The notes beneath the pieces are model-generated. The model did no database searches and was not told the DNA's origin. It saw only the letters and a list, made by a program, of their open reading frames with translations. A program made the translations under genes and the position numbers. Below are positions 1 to 12,613 of a stretch of DNA of 28,943 nucleotides, in pieces (the stretch's first letter is position 1; each line of letters opens with the position of its first letter). The DNA comes from Octopus sinensis (lineage: Eukaryota), in the NCBI RefSeq assembly GCF_006345805.1, contig NW_021833201.1, forward strand, positions 1-28,943, written 5' to 3'.

Positions 1-96
1 AGCGATGATTAGAGGACAAACACAGACACACAAACAAGGCTTTGGTCAGCCCAAGGCTATAGTAGAAGAGTTTTGGCCAAATTGAACCCCGAACCA
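1..96 (-). mobile_element. Deleted fragment of octopus OR-type tRNA/CORE SINE
   Basis: GGACAAACACAGACACACAAAC..AAGGCTTTGGTCAGCCCAAGGCTATAGTAGAAGA..TGAACCCCGAACCAT matches the fuller copies at 16081-16528 and elsewhere, with internal deletions. Confidence 0.8.
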
Positions 97-544
97 TATA
101 TATATATATTATATATATATATACGCATACACGCACATAGATGGATAGGATAGATAGATACATATTGATATGGTAAACTCAAGTTTGATGGCCATTATTT
201 CCTGGAATGCAAACATGTTCTTAGCAAGGTGGGAATTAATAATAACAGCTCATATGAAGTAATTAAATGGAACAATTAGAGAGTTAATTACTTTGTTTAC
301 GATGTATATTATTTCCTCAAGTGGGCGACTGACATGCATTTAACAATGACCAAATTTCTGAGACTCAATCTCTCATACTCTCACGCTTACTCACTTTTAT
401 TCTCTAACACACACGCTCCCTGTCTGTCTGTCTGTCTGTCTCACGTATGTAAACATATACATATATGCATATATTTATACATACATACATGTATGCATAT
501 ACTTATACATTCTACACATCCTACACATGCATACCCACTCTCTG

Positions 545-588
<44 letters not shown>

Positions 589-642
589 ACATATATATAT
601 GTTTGTGTGAGTGTGTGTGTGTGTGTATGTATGTATAAAGGC

Positions 643-960
643 TAAAGACACCCTTCGGTCTTGAATGAGCATGAGATTGCACCTAGAAAGTTCCCCTCGG
701 AGGCATAAATCCGAGTAAGGCTGTTTATGGAAGATCAGAAGCCGCCCATGCATACTGGCCCCTCCCCTCTACGCCACCGATGTTATCCAAGGCAAAGGCA
801 AAGAGGGCCGATATAGCTTGGCAGCAGTGAGGGGTCACAGCTCATTTCTATCGATTAGTGAACTGGCGTAACGTGAGATAAAGTGTCTTGCCCAAGAACA
901 CAACACACAGCTGGGACCAGGATTCGAACTCACAACCTCATGATTGTGATTCCAATGCTC
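643..960 (-). mobile_element. tRNA-derived SINE, second family (5'-truncated head)
   Basis: Minus strand has a Pol III B-box (GAGTTCGAATCC) followed by TGTGTTCTTGGGCAAGACACTTT, a CORE-like central motif, and a GC-richer body. It sits between microsatellites. Confidence 0.7.
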
Positions 961-1504
961 ACACACACACACACACATACATACATAAGCACACACAAGA
1001 GTCAGCTGAAAAGTTCATTAGCTGATCAAAAATTTACTTGTGAGATATTTGCTACCCTGGTAACTATTTATTTAAGTTTTCCGTGTTAATTGTTAACAAG
1101 GTAAAAATACACTCATCTATTTATAATACATATATATGTATAAATATATATATATACGCATATAGGCACTCAAACGTACATGTATAAATAGTTGTGTGTG
1201 TGTATGTCTTGATAAAAAGTGAGAGAAAGCGAAATCCCGAGACAATAAGGGATAGCTGGCATTTCTTAAATACAACAGAATGTTGGCTAATTAAGGCACA
1301 CACAGGATTCTCTTTCAGCACAAACATTGTAATTATCTTTTTAATTATATCGAATGAGTAGTAATTATTTGATTTTAAGAAAGTTTTGTTCAGCAATCAA
1401 ATAGTGGAGATATTTGATATCGTTAAACCAAACAGAAATAGTAGCTTGACAATCCCGTATTTGCATAATGCATATATAGTTTTATGTATGTGTGTATATC
1501 GAAT

Positions 1505-1541
1505 CTATATATAGATATTTCAATATACATATATATACATG

Positions 1542-1582
<41 letters not shown>

Positions 1583-1797
1583 TATATATATACATATAAT
1601 ATATATGTTATATTTTATATATATATATATATAATAGTATATATATATATACATATAATATATATTATATATATATATTTATATATATATATATATATTA
1701 TAAAAAATGAAGTTCGAAATCTGCTATATTATACATTTTTAATTTTTATATATACATTATATCTATATATTATATATATATATATATAATATATATA
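1505..1797. repeat. Degenerate (TA)n microsatellite field
   Basis: Direct reading. Confidence 0.9.
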
Positions 1798-1820
1798 GAA
1801 AGAAAGATAGAGAGAGAGAG

Positions 1821-1945
<125 letters not shown>

Positions 1946-2135
1946 TGCGTTAGTGTGTGCAAAAATATTGGTTCGTTTCTTGTTAAATAAATAACATTGT
2001 ATTTCTGTGATACAAAATTTATCCACCCATCCTATGCTAAACAACCACTTGAGTTTACAGGCAAACAAATCACGTCTGTGTTTGTGTGTGTGTGTGTGTG
2101 TCTGTTTCATGTGTGTGTGTGTGTTTAATACTCAC

Positions 2136-2289
2136 AGCATATGGCATCCGTTTAATAGCAGATCGGGGAATGTTAAGGTTCGCATTTTGTTTTTCCTTCT
2201 TAAGTGCTGACACTCCAAATTTGACCAACTGGTGGATGCTGATAACTATTCCATCGACAAATTCTGGCCATCTGAAGTGTTTTGTTTTT
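2136..2289 (-). CDS. Candidate internal coding exon of an unidentified host gene (KTKHFRWPEFVDGIVISIHQLVKFGVSALKKEKQNANLNIPRSAIKRMPYA)
   Basis: Unique-looking open frame ending exactly at a canonical donor (GCT|GTGAGT, plus-strand ACTCAC 2130-2135). Possible acceptors are TTGTTTAG (exon start 2289) or CTTCAG (start 2271), with an in-frame stop just upstream of both. Protein not recognised. Confidence 0.45.
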
Positions 2290-2726
2290 CTAAACAATTG
2301 TTTTCAAGTATTTTTATATTTTTCAGTATAAAACTGAATACATCCACCCCACCCCCGTCACTACCATTATAGTTGTCATCACCATCATCAACATCATCGT
2401 GTCATTACATGAATTATTAATTAATATTAATATTGTCCGTTCATTAAAGATTTTCCAGTATTATGCAAATTTTATTCTATTAATATATATTTCAATTGTT
2501 AAAAGGCAAATTTACAGCAGTTACACCGTGGTGAGAATTCTCCCTTCACCTAAAAGTATATAAAAACGCCATTTCTGTCCAGTGCCAGGATCAGAGACGT
2601 TGATGTTTCTAGCACCTTCGCTGTCGAGATGGCGGCACTGGACACATATCTTGTTTTAATACCTTTTCACCTTGTCGATCAACAGTGGATATATATCAGA
2701 AACATATTTCAACTAACCTAGATACA

Positions 2727-2758
<32 letters not shown>

Positions 2759-2793
2759 AATATATATGTGTATGTATTTATATATATATATAC

Positions 2794-2857
<64 letters not shown>

Positions 2858-2869
2858 ATATGTATACAT

Positions 2870-3053
2870 TTTCGTGCTAGGGAAAGTGCCACTGAAGCTA
2901 TATTCCTGGTAAGGCAGCTGCAGGAGAAACACCTACAAAAGATAAGCCCCTGTGCCTGGCTTTTGTTGACATGGAGAAAGCTTTCGACAGGGTCCCCCGA
3001 TCCCTTATCTGGTGGTCAATGAGGACACTAAGGATAGATGACTAGTTAGTCGG
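2870..3053 (+). mobile_element. RTE-clade LINE reverse transcriptase fragment (frameshifted)
   Basis: Translates to SATEAIFLVRQLQEKH / DKPLCLAFVDMEKAFDRVPRSLIWWSMR, the STxDAIF..RQLQEK..AFVDxEKAFDRVPR motif typical of RTE RTs. Confidence 0.88.
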
Positions 3054-3617
3054 GACTTGTCGATCCTTAATTTGTGTTTTTGTGTTTCATTTACTTTGCT
3101 AGGTAGTTGTTGTAGGATCGACTAGTCACGACTAGCTAGCGAGGATGCGTGAGTATGCGAGGGCGCGCCCCAGGACCACTCTTCTTAAATAAATGGTATC
3201 CTGTTTCCACAGCGGAGAATCCACCCTTGTTAAAACATATACACAAAACCCTACCAATTCAGGCTAATTGAACAGAGACCCTACTCTGTGTTACCTCCAT
3301 CTCTGTCCCCAACAAAGCGGCCACGCCCTTGTAAGTTTCATAACGTACAAAAAAAACATTAATTTCCTGATCTCATAATTTGGATCACGCACATCTACGA
3401 TAATTAATATCGTATTATTAATTTATAGACACACAGACAGAGTTTAAGATGAAAGGATGTTCATTCAAGCGTTAAATGGTCCCAAATGAAATTAAATGCC
3501 TTACCTCAGTTTAGTTTTAAACGGTAGCAACGTATCCAGGGTTCCAATTAATTTCAAATTTTCTTTTGCCGGATTTAATTTCGATAGCAAGAAAGCGGAG
3601 ATAACTCTCGAAATATA

Positions 3618-3786
3618 GGCGGGGTTGGGGTATGTGTTAAATAGCTTACGTACCAAGCACATGGTTACGTGTTTAGTCCCACTGCGTGGCACCTTGGGCG
3701 AGTGACGTCTACAATAGCCTCGGCCGACCAAAGCCTTGTGGGTGGATGAGGTAGACGGAAACTGAAGGAAGAACCGTCGTAAATAT
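3618..3786 (+). mobile_element. OR-type tRNA/CORE SINE, 5' half, diverged
   Basis: AGTCCCACTGCGTGGCACCTTGGGCGAGTG..GGCCGACCAAAGCCTTGTG..GGTAGACGGAAACTGAA is the reverse complement of the SINE copies at 13563-16528. Confidence 0.85.
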
Positions 3787-3796
3787 GTACATGTTT

Positions 3797-3896
3797 GGCC
3801 CGAGAAAACACTTGCCCAAGCTGCCACACAGTGGGACTGATCTCGGAACCAGGTGGTTGGTAAGTAAGCTACTTACAACTCAGCCACTCCAACGCC
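3797..3896 (-). mobile_element. OR-type SINE head, inverted relative to 3618-3786
   Basis: ACACTTGCCCAAG..CAGTGGGACTGA..GGAACCA..CAGCCACTCC..GCC. Confidence 0.85.
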
Positions 3897-3999
3897 TAGA
3901 GTCTCAAAGATTGAAAATTATTTTAGTATTCTCTATCTTATCTTTTCCATACACGTCCCCATACATACATACATACATACATATATAATATATATATAT

Positions 4000-4056
<57 letters not shown>

Positions 4057-4341
4057 ACCCTTTTAGCTGATGGCAGAGATTTATTGTACAGATTAAATTA
4101 AAGTATATGAAGAAGACAGGGTTTATATTTTTTATTTCAGGAAAAAATTGATTCACAAATTTTGAACTTCCTTGAAATATAAAAATCCAAAACATTTTCT
4201 TTCTTTCAAATTTATCAACTATTTTTGAGATTCTTTAAAAACATATAAACATTCTCTTCTTGTAAACATACTTGAAATCCTGGACACAATTTTTATTGTT
4301 TATAAAATGATTTGAGAAAACCAGTATATATGTTCGTGTTC

Positions 4342-4755
4342 ATGTATGTATGTATGTATGTTCGTATGTATGTATGTATGAATGTATGTTCATGTATGTA
4401 TGTATGTATGTATGTATGTATATGTATGTATGTATGTATGTATGAATGTATGTTTGTAAGTATATATGTATGTTCATGTATGTATGTATGTATGTTCGTA
4501 TGTATGAATGTATGTATGTTCGTATGTATGAATGTATGTATGTATGTATGTATGTATGTTTGTATGTATGTATGTATGTATATATGTATGTATGTATATA
4601 TGTATGTATGTATGTATGTATGTTTGTATGTATGTTTGTATGTATGTATGTATGTATGTATGTATGTATGTATGTATGTATGTATGTATGTCTATCTCTC
4701 TGTATGTATGTATGTATGCATGTATGTATGTTTGTATGTATGTATGTATGTATGT
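4342..4755. repeat. (TATG)n microsatellite with variants
   Basis: Direct reading; source of MYVC ORFs. Confidence 0.95.
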
Positions 4756-5727
4756 GAAGTATATAAAAATTTATATAATAAGCAAACTATAAACATATAC
4801 AATAATAAAAATTAGTGTGTAAAATCAGATATACAGTAAATATATAATTACACATTTATTGGATGGGTGTTGATACTCAAGAAGTCCTCCGCCCTTTAGC
4901 GGATTTTGTTTTTCATCCCTTAGGGAGTTCAGTAAAAACCCTCCTCACCAAGCAAGCTTTGTGTACGTATGTATGTATGTATAGAAAATCCATCATTGAA
5001 GCATGCTGTAAATGTGTTAGTACCTGATAAACTTGCTACATTTCCGAATATAGTAGTTCCACAAATAGATACACTTAAAATATGCGCCAGACTTAGAGAG
5101 AAATAGTGGGGTTCATATGATCGATCAAATATACCAATTTAATGCTCCTGGATGGCCACGCCTCAATGATTAAAACATCTAACTCACATATTATATAGCT
5201 TGAAATCTCTCCACTGCCACCACCATTTAGTCTGTTAATTTATATCCATCTACAAACGTCACACTCACCCTTCAATTATTATTCATGTCTTTCTTTCTCA
5301 TCTACAATCTACACTTTTACATAATTATTTCCATTTCTCTTTCAATTCACTGGACAATTTCACAGAATTCATCAATAATATTTCGAAATTTAACAAATTA
5401 TGATAGATTATTTTTCTCAAATACAATACTTAAATGTAATCTATAAACTATAATCTTCTTAAACTTAATTGTATGTTTAACTTAAGTTAATTCTTATCCA
5501 GTAACACTAAGACCAAAGGCGTTCTAACCATGACCTTCCCATATTCTTTTTTATCTAATATGTTAACCTCACGCTACATTTCAGACACTCCATTCTTGAT
5601 TCATATTACTGTTTATAATTATTCACATTATAAAATTGAAATAAAATCATTAAAAAAATTTCATTGATTGAAAGACCAAGAAGATAAAATTAGTAGAGTT
5701 GTTATTGGTATTAATGTAACTCTTTGT

Positions 5728-5830
5728 ATTCTGGGTTCAAATCCTGCTAAGGTCAAATTTGATTTTTATTATGAAAGTGTTTTAAAAAAAAATATCAGTC
5801 TGAAGTGGTGGTGTTCTGGAATTAGATATT
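5728..5830 (+). mobile_element. Highly decayed Nin/Deu-type SINE remnant
   Basis: TTCTGGGTTCAAATCCTGCTAAGGTCAAATTTG resembles the B-box/GGTCAAC region of 12614-12820. Confidence 0.4.
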
Positions 5831-6271
5831 GGACGCGAGGCCTTAAAGTATTTAATGTAGTCCTATATTTTGTGAGTTGAAATCACTATATTAACGTAGA
5901 CCTATATTTTATAAGTTGAAATGCGTGGATAGTAAAATTCTCGCTTACTAAGCTTTGAAAAAAAGAAGTTATCAAAAAACAATATTTTAAATTTCACTCG
6001 AGAGTTAGAAATCCAGTGTTAACTACCTAAAATATTGTATCATTAGATGAACATTTGTGTTAAACAAATATATATCAAAAGAAAATTATTTACCAAATTC
6101 GAAGATTATGTCCTGGTTCGAGTTGAAGTCTTTCTCTCTCAGAAAATTTCAGCGTCCGCTTTGTTCAAACGACGATGAAAATGTGACACTGCCAACAGTT
6201 AAAAGGAAACTTCTAATGAAACAGGATGTAGTAGGCACGACCTCCTCATGTATATGTGTCTGTATGTGTCT

Positions 6272-6441
6272 ATATATACACACACGCACACACATATATA
6301 TATATATATTTATATATATTTATATGATATATATCTATAGACATATATATATATATATACACACACGCATGTATATATATTTATATATATATATTATATT
6401 ATAGATTTATATATACTATATAATAGTATACATATATATAC

Positions 6442-6472
<31 letters not shown>

Positions 6473-6755
6473 GATTTTATATCTATATATATATGTATAC
6501 ATATATACATTATATATATATATAATATTATATATTATATATATTATTATTATATATACATATATATATTATATACATATATATATACTATATATTACAT
6601 ATACATATATATATACATATATATATACATATACATATATATATACATATATATATACATATACATATATATATACATATATATATATATACATATATAT
6701 ATATACATATATGCATATATATATACATACGTACATATATGTATATATGTATGTA
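6272..6755. repeat. Degenerate (TA)n/(CATATA)n field
   Basis: Direct reading. Confidence 0.9.
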
Positions 6756-7048
6756 TTCTGTCAGCCGGCCACCTTAATTATGATAATGATGATGATGATG
6801 ATGATGTTGAGTATGACGACAATGTCAACGGCAAACAAGATGTAGGAAGAATCTCGTTGATTAGAGTCAGATTGATTATATTAAAGAAGTGTTTGCTGTT
6901 GTTTGAAGATGCTAAAATATTTTGTTACAAATAGTCACACGGGTTTATATCTTTCAACGTATTATATTTTATTTTCTTTAAAAGTACATATCTTTGTTAT
7001 GGAGGCTGAAATATTCAGAGTGATTTGTTAAAATCTTTGAATTCTTCA

Positions 7049-7264
7049 TTACTCTTTTACTTGTTTCAGTCATTTGACTGCGGCCATGCTGGAGCACCGC
7101 CTCTAGTCGAGCAAATCGGCCCTGGGACTTATTCTTTGTAAGCCCAGTACTTATTCTATCGGTCAATTTTAACGAACTGCTAAGTGACGGGGACGTAAAC
7201 ACATCAGCATCGGTTTTCAAGCAATGCTAGGGGGACAAACACAGACACACAAACTTATACACAC

Positions 7265-7309
<45 letters not shown>

Positions 7310-7413
7310 TATGATGAACTTCTTTCTGTTTCTGTCTACCAAATTCACTCACAAGGCCTGAACACGGAACAATGTGGTTCGTAAGCAAGCTAATTACCAC
7401 ACAGCCACTCCTA
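7049..7413 (-). mobile_element. OR-type tRNA/CORE SINE with internal deletion
   Basis: Tail TTACTCTTTTACTTGTTTCAGTCATTTGACTGCGGCCATGCTGGAGCACCGCC, central (CA)/(TA) tract, and head ..ACCACACAGCCACTCCT; the CORE segment is missing. Confidence 0.88.
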
Positions 7414-8247
7414 CACACACACACATATATATATATGTATGTATGTATTTATGTATGTATGTATGTATATTTAATTTTCAAAGAAAATTATCTCTCTCTT
7501 ATATATTTCGTATAAGTGATCGTGTGTAAAACCAAAACAATGCGAAGTAAATGCAAGGTAAATCACAAGAAAACAAATATGTGCATCAATGTAGAATTAT
7601 CTTGTACTCAATATTTCAGGGTTATGACTCCATTTTCATATATGGGGAGATATGTGTATCCCTACATTTGTGTATATAGTGTTTGAACTAGTTCTCGTGG
7701 ATATTTAACGATGTTAATGAATTATTAAACCATGTTTTAATTAGAATAATTACTTAAAAATATAAACAAAAATGAAATATTTACCAGCAAAGTTGATCGT
7801 TGAGTTTTAGTTTTAGTTTAATGTGTTTGTCTCAGGAACGCTTGGTCAGCTCCGTTAACTTTAAGAGCAACTGCAATTTAAAAATATTAAATGTCATCTC
7901 CTCATATAAGAATGCGTGTGTTTCTATGTGTGTGTGTGTGTTAGTGTTTGATATCATGTATATCTATATGTCGTAGTGTGTATGTCGTCGTGTACATGTA
8001 TAATGTAGTGTCTATGTACATATTTGTATGTCACAGAGTGTGTGTATATGTCAGCCAACTAACGCTTGCCTGCTCTCTGTAAAGAATAACTGCCATGCCA
8101 AAACACTTCTAAACACTCCTTCCTGTCTGCGTCTCATATTACTATATCACCAAACTCACCAACATTTCTCCGTCATTTGACCCATTTTCTTTTCCTTAAT
8201 TCTTTTCGTGGAAAAGCATTTGTAACGTGCACACAGACACAAACACA

Positions 8248-8288
<41 letters not shown>

Positions 8289-8468
8289 ACATACATATAG
8301 ACACTGCGTGCATATATTCAGAGGTATTGGTAGATACATGCTCTATACACATACATGCAGACACATACGTGCACACAGATACACATAGACATACAAACAC
8401 ACACACAGACGCACATACACACACAGACGCACATACACACACAGGCACACACACACACATACATACAT

Positions 8469-10461
8469 GTTAGTTAGTTAGTTAGTTAATTTTTTGGCTC
8501 AAAAATCACAAAGCAAGGCCATGTATGGGGACATGGAGTTATATACAGGGTGGTGTTCATGCAAAGAGTTCAGGCCACTTGAGGTTAAGGGAGAATTTGA
8601 AATGAGCGGTCGTCGGCATCTTCACTATCTCGTCTTGCAGCTTCTTCCACGGATCCGCAACCCGGACGGAGAAAGCCCCTCTCCTTCGATTGAGATGAAA
8701 TCGTCGCAGATAGAGCTTTTCGGAATGACCCCGCAGCCGACGCTCTGGAGCAGGAGTGAAGAACAGCTTTTTCGAGAGGTTACACTTTCCGCTTATGATG
8801 TTGTGGGCGAGAATGAGATCACCACAGCGTCATCGTTTTTCTAGAGAATAAAGGTCGAGCGTCTTCAGGTTTTCTTCATAAGACAAATACTTGAGACCAA
8901 GAACCATGCGGGTAGCCAGCTTCTGGACTTTTTCGATATGCTGTATGTCTTTGAGGAGATAAGGAGAAGAGGCTTGAATCCCGTACTCCAATATGGGTCT
9001 CACCAGCATGACATAGAGCGGTAGGAATATGGCTGCTGTGAGCATTCCGAATGACCATCGAATCAAGAACAGAACTCCGCGTGCTTTGTTGGTAGCATGG
9101 ACGCACTGGGCCGAAGGCGGAAAGGAGGGATCCACCAAGATACCCAGGTCCTTTACCTGATCGGTCCTCTCCAGCAGCAGACGACCCGGTTCGAAATCAA
9201 GTTGAGTTGCAGGAGGAGAGCCAACAGGCAGATGACAGCACTTTGACACGTTCAGACACAGGTCCCATTCGTTAGACCATCTCCAAATTTGGTGGAGGCA
9301 TCGACGAAGATCCTCTATATCACCGCGAGGAGCGACCAGTTTGACATCGTCGGCAAATAGAAGGGCAAATCATTTATGAAGACTAAGAACAATAACGGCC
9401 CAAGCACTGAACCTTGAGGCACGCCACTGCTTGCACTGGAGACGTCGGACCGCGAACCATTAACTTGGACTTGGAAGGAGCGATCTGAGAGGAAGGCACC
9501 AACCCATCGTACAATATCCGGATGGAAACTATATGCTTGAAGCTTGACAAGTAATAGGCGGTGGTTTACCGAGTCAAAAGCTTTGGCAAAGTCCAATAAA
9601 ACGATGTCAACAGCATCACTATCATCGAGGATGCGCGTCACCAATTCTTCCATTACCAGTAAGCTGGTCAAGCATGATCTTTTCGGCACGAAGCCGTGTT
9701 GGGAATCAGTGATCGAGGCTGTGTTTAGGAGGTGGAGCATCATACTTTTCTAAGGATGGTTTCGAACATCTTGCTGATTATTGATGTAAGAGAAACCGGT
9801 CTGTAGTTAAGCGGGTCTTCGCGGCTCCCTTTTTTGAAAATTGGGCAGATTATCGCTGTTCTCCAGTCCGCAGGTATAACACCCGTCGCCAATGACATAT
9901 TGAATAGACGTGTTAAGGGCTCGCAGATGACCAGAGCCAACGCTTTGATAACCCTTGGGTGTATGCTGTCAGGGCCGTGACCCTTGTTGACATCGAGGGC
10001 TTGAATAACGCGTTCGACTTTGTCCCGCGTGATGACCAATCAAAGCATTGGAGGTACTGATCTATCAAATGGAGGGGGTTCAAAACCATCATCTTGTTTG
10101 AAAATAGTTGAAAAAGCCTCGGCAAATAATTGACTCTGTTGATAAGGGTCCTCAATCGATACGCCTGTTGAGTCTACCAACGTTGCAATTTGGTTGCTCA
10201 AGCGGGAATTCCGTTGGACATGGGCAAATAAGGTTTTTGGATTGCTACTGGCGTTTGCCGCGATTCCGCATTCATATCTGAAGCGTTCTTCCTTTTCAAT
10301 TTTCACGGCTCGGTCACGTTGAGTTTGTACACCTTAAAAGCTGCAGTCGAATCCAGATTTTTTAATTCAGCCCAAGCAATATCTCTGAGTTGAAGTTCTC
10401 GTTTAACCTTCTTCGTCAGCCAGGGCTTGTGTTTCTTCTTCTTGGGAAGCCCAACGGGAAC
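8469..10461 (-). mobile_element. 5'-truncated, decayed CR1-clade LINE (ORF2 RT pseudogene, 3' UTR and (TAAC)n tail)
   Basis: Broken ORFs 10306-8830 give KPWLT, GPDSIHPRV, PIFKKGSREDPLNYRPVSLTS, QHGFVPKRSC, LDFAKAFDSVNH, SGVPQGSVLGPLLF, LFADDVKL, KDLGILVD and LVRPILEY. The C-terminus reads RGDLI-like..LRGHSEKL..FSVRVADPW with a stop at 8557-8559. The 3' UTR has a stem-loop (CCATGT/ACATGG) and a GTTA tandem tail at 8469-8488. Several frameshifts and stops are present. Confidence 0.93.
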
Positions 10462-10471
10462 TAAATATATA

Positions 10472-11378
10472 TGTAGCTGGAGGAAATCGATTAGTAAACA
10501 ATATTATTTTATGTCGGAGTTAGCAGTTGTAACGATAAAAATTATATATAATTGCATACTGTAGGATGTGAAAGATGAACAATGCATGAAATTTGAAGGA
10601 AATATTTATTTACCATTACGAATTGTAACGTAACGGTAAATAAATATTCAGATATTGCTTGGGCTGAATTCAAAAATCTGGATTCGACTGCAGCTTTTGA
10701 GGTGTACAAAACTCAATGTGACCGAGCCGTGAAAATTGAAAAGGAAGAACGCTTCAGATATGAATACAGAATCGCGGCAAACTTTATATCGCATGCTTTT
10801 TGATCTATTATAACCTGTTCGACGAAGCATGCAATATAAAGTTTGTGCTTGTGTCCTTTTCATTGTTTAGTAGTAATTACCGAGAGAGATAGAATGATGT
10901 CGTAAGAAAACAGAATTAGAGCTAGTGGGAGTTGTAGCGTGTTGCCTCACAGTTGCTGACAGTAAACTTCATTTCTCGCTCTGACCAAGGTTCTAGGTGG
11001 TCAGCCAGACTTCGTTGTCACCAAAGTGACTAACTGATTGAGTCGTCACCATATGACTGGACAAGTTGCGTCGTCACCGACTGATTTTTGCTTGGGGTAT
11101 CCTTGCGTTTATCCAGAAGGATAGATATATCATTGAGAACAATAGATTTAGTTGGTGCTCTTGTTATCCATATTCTAGCTTTTGGTGATGTAGAATAGGT
11201 TAGAAAGGGTCAAGTGATGAAGACATTATTTCGGACTAGCTAAAGGCATCTGGAAAATGTAAAACTGCTGTCACAGAAAAACCATTGTTCTACTATGTGG
11301 AAAGATCTGTTGCACCGTTAGTTTAAATTTAGTTATGGTGGATCGAATCCACTTCATGCATGCAAGATCCCCTATTCA
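10472..11378 (-). mobile_element. Solo-LTR-like interspersed repeat, copy with internal rearrangement
   Basis: Colinear with 26214-26928; begins with TGTAG; minus-strand AATAAA near one end; no ORF. The LTR identity is inferred. Confidence 0.5.
10650..10782 (+). repeat. Inverted copy of CR1 LINE segment 10253-10384
   Basis: The reverse complement matches with only a handful of differences over ~132 bp; reads DIAWAEFKNLDSTAAFEVYKTQCDRAVKIEKEERFRYE in frame. Confidence 0.93.
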
Positions 11379-11534
11379 GACATGTGTTTGTTTGTTAGAA
11401 ATGTTGAGCTGATGAACAATAAAATACGGTTTTTTTTCCACAAGTTGAGTCGGGCAGACATATTTAAAGAAACGCATGAATAAATCTTTGCAGTTCACTG
11501 TTATTTTTTATTCTTAAATTCTTGTGTACAAGTA

Positions 11535-12606
11535 CCGTAATTGCCAGTGTATAAGCCTCACTCACGATTTTCAGTCCCCGACTGGAGAAAACGTGGGGAA
11601 ACCGGGAGATAACTGGGACTTATGAAAATAGAGAAATGCGAGATGAATAGAAACTTCAATTTCATGATGATTTCATACTTAACAAACATTTCCGACTGCA
11701 ATCATTGATACTCATAATTATTAATGGAAGAAGATAAAGTCCAGGTTTTAAATAAGAGAACGTCTTTTTATTATGTGTATTTATTATGAATTATTCATAT
11801 TGCGATCTTTATATTCTTTCTTGAAAATGGGTGGTCCTGAAAAGGACCGACCCTAATGGGTAGAGACTTCACTCAAAGTCTAAGAACTCTTCGTCGTCAG
11901 ACCTCGTGGGGTTGATCGTCTGCCAGTTCATCCTCGTCATCGCTGGAGTCAGACGAGTCGGTAGAGAGAGCTTCGCCTTCCCATAACATGTCATCTTCTT
12001 CCCGTCGAGCGCATTGGAGATGCAGCACTTCAGGAAAGCCCATTTTTCTGGAATCTCCTCCACTAGCAGATCGTCTGGAATTTCCTCCACTAGCAGGATC
12101 CATTTGCAGATCGTCCCCAAGTCTTTCTTCGTACGCCCGGTCGTTGGCCATCCAATCCTCCCAGCGGTGTTTCAGACGGTCCTTATACGGTTCGCTGATT
12201 GCAACATCAAGGGGTTGAAGAAAGGATGTCATTCCCCGGTAATCATTGTCACGTCGATGTTCAGACGACGTATCTTCACCTTGGTTTCTTCTGACTTGTG
12301 GCATCTGAATGCATCCAGGACCAGGAGACTCCTTCTCTGATGCAGTCCACTGATGCGCCGAACCCACACTACAAGAAACCAGTCCTCGATGAGTGCCTCG
12401 CCTATCCAAGCTTTCGCGTAGGCTTCAACAATGATCCCCTTCCTGAAACTTGGCGTCTTTGGATAGTATCTTCCTCTTAAAAATGACCTACGGTAGCAGC
12501 TTTCCCCTATCAGCCGTGCAAGCCAGGATCATCGTAAAACCGACTTTCTAGTGGCCCTTCGTGACGATTTCTATTGTCTTCTCCCCTTTCTCAGAAATAG
12601 TTCTTT
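11535..12606 (-). mobile_element. pogo/Tigger-family DNA transposon relic (DDE_1 transposase pseudogene plus 3' TIR)
   Basis: RTISEKGEKTIEIVTKGH*KVGFTMILACTADRGKLLP*VIFKRK, SLLVLDAFRCH, LQPLDVAISEPYKDRL and FLKCCISNALDG/EDDMLWE motifs. The end TA|CCGTAATTGCCAGTGTATAAGCCTCAC (11533-11561) resembles pogo-type TIRs. Stops, frameshifts and an internal 27-bp tandem duplication (~12047-12100) are present. Confidence 0.88.
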
Positions 12607-12613
12607 CTACTAC

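Noticed and set aside
6144-6249. Possible + strand exon after TCTTTCTCTCTCAG (KFQRPLCSNDDENVTLPTVKRKLLMKQD)
   Set aside because: Good acceptor but only weak donors, no recognisable homology, and it is on the opposite strand to the better candidate. The minus-strand AG..GT reading has stops in all three frames.
6764-6933. Acidic open frame with poly-Asp
   Set aside because: Explained by a decaying (GAT)n microsatellite.
8494-8844. 116-aa + strand ORF, plus antisense ORFs over the LINE and pogo relics
   Set aside because: Shadow ORFs of GC-richer TE coding sequence on the other strand.
11409-11460. CTGATGA motif
   Set aside because: No stem II, GAAA or cleavage triplet follows.
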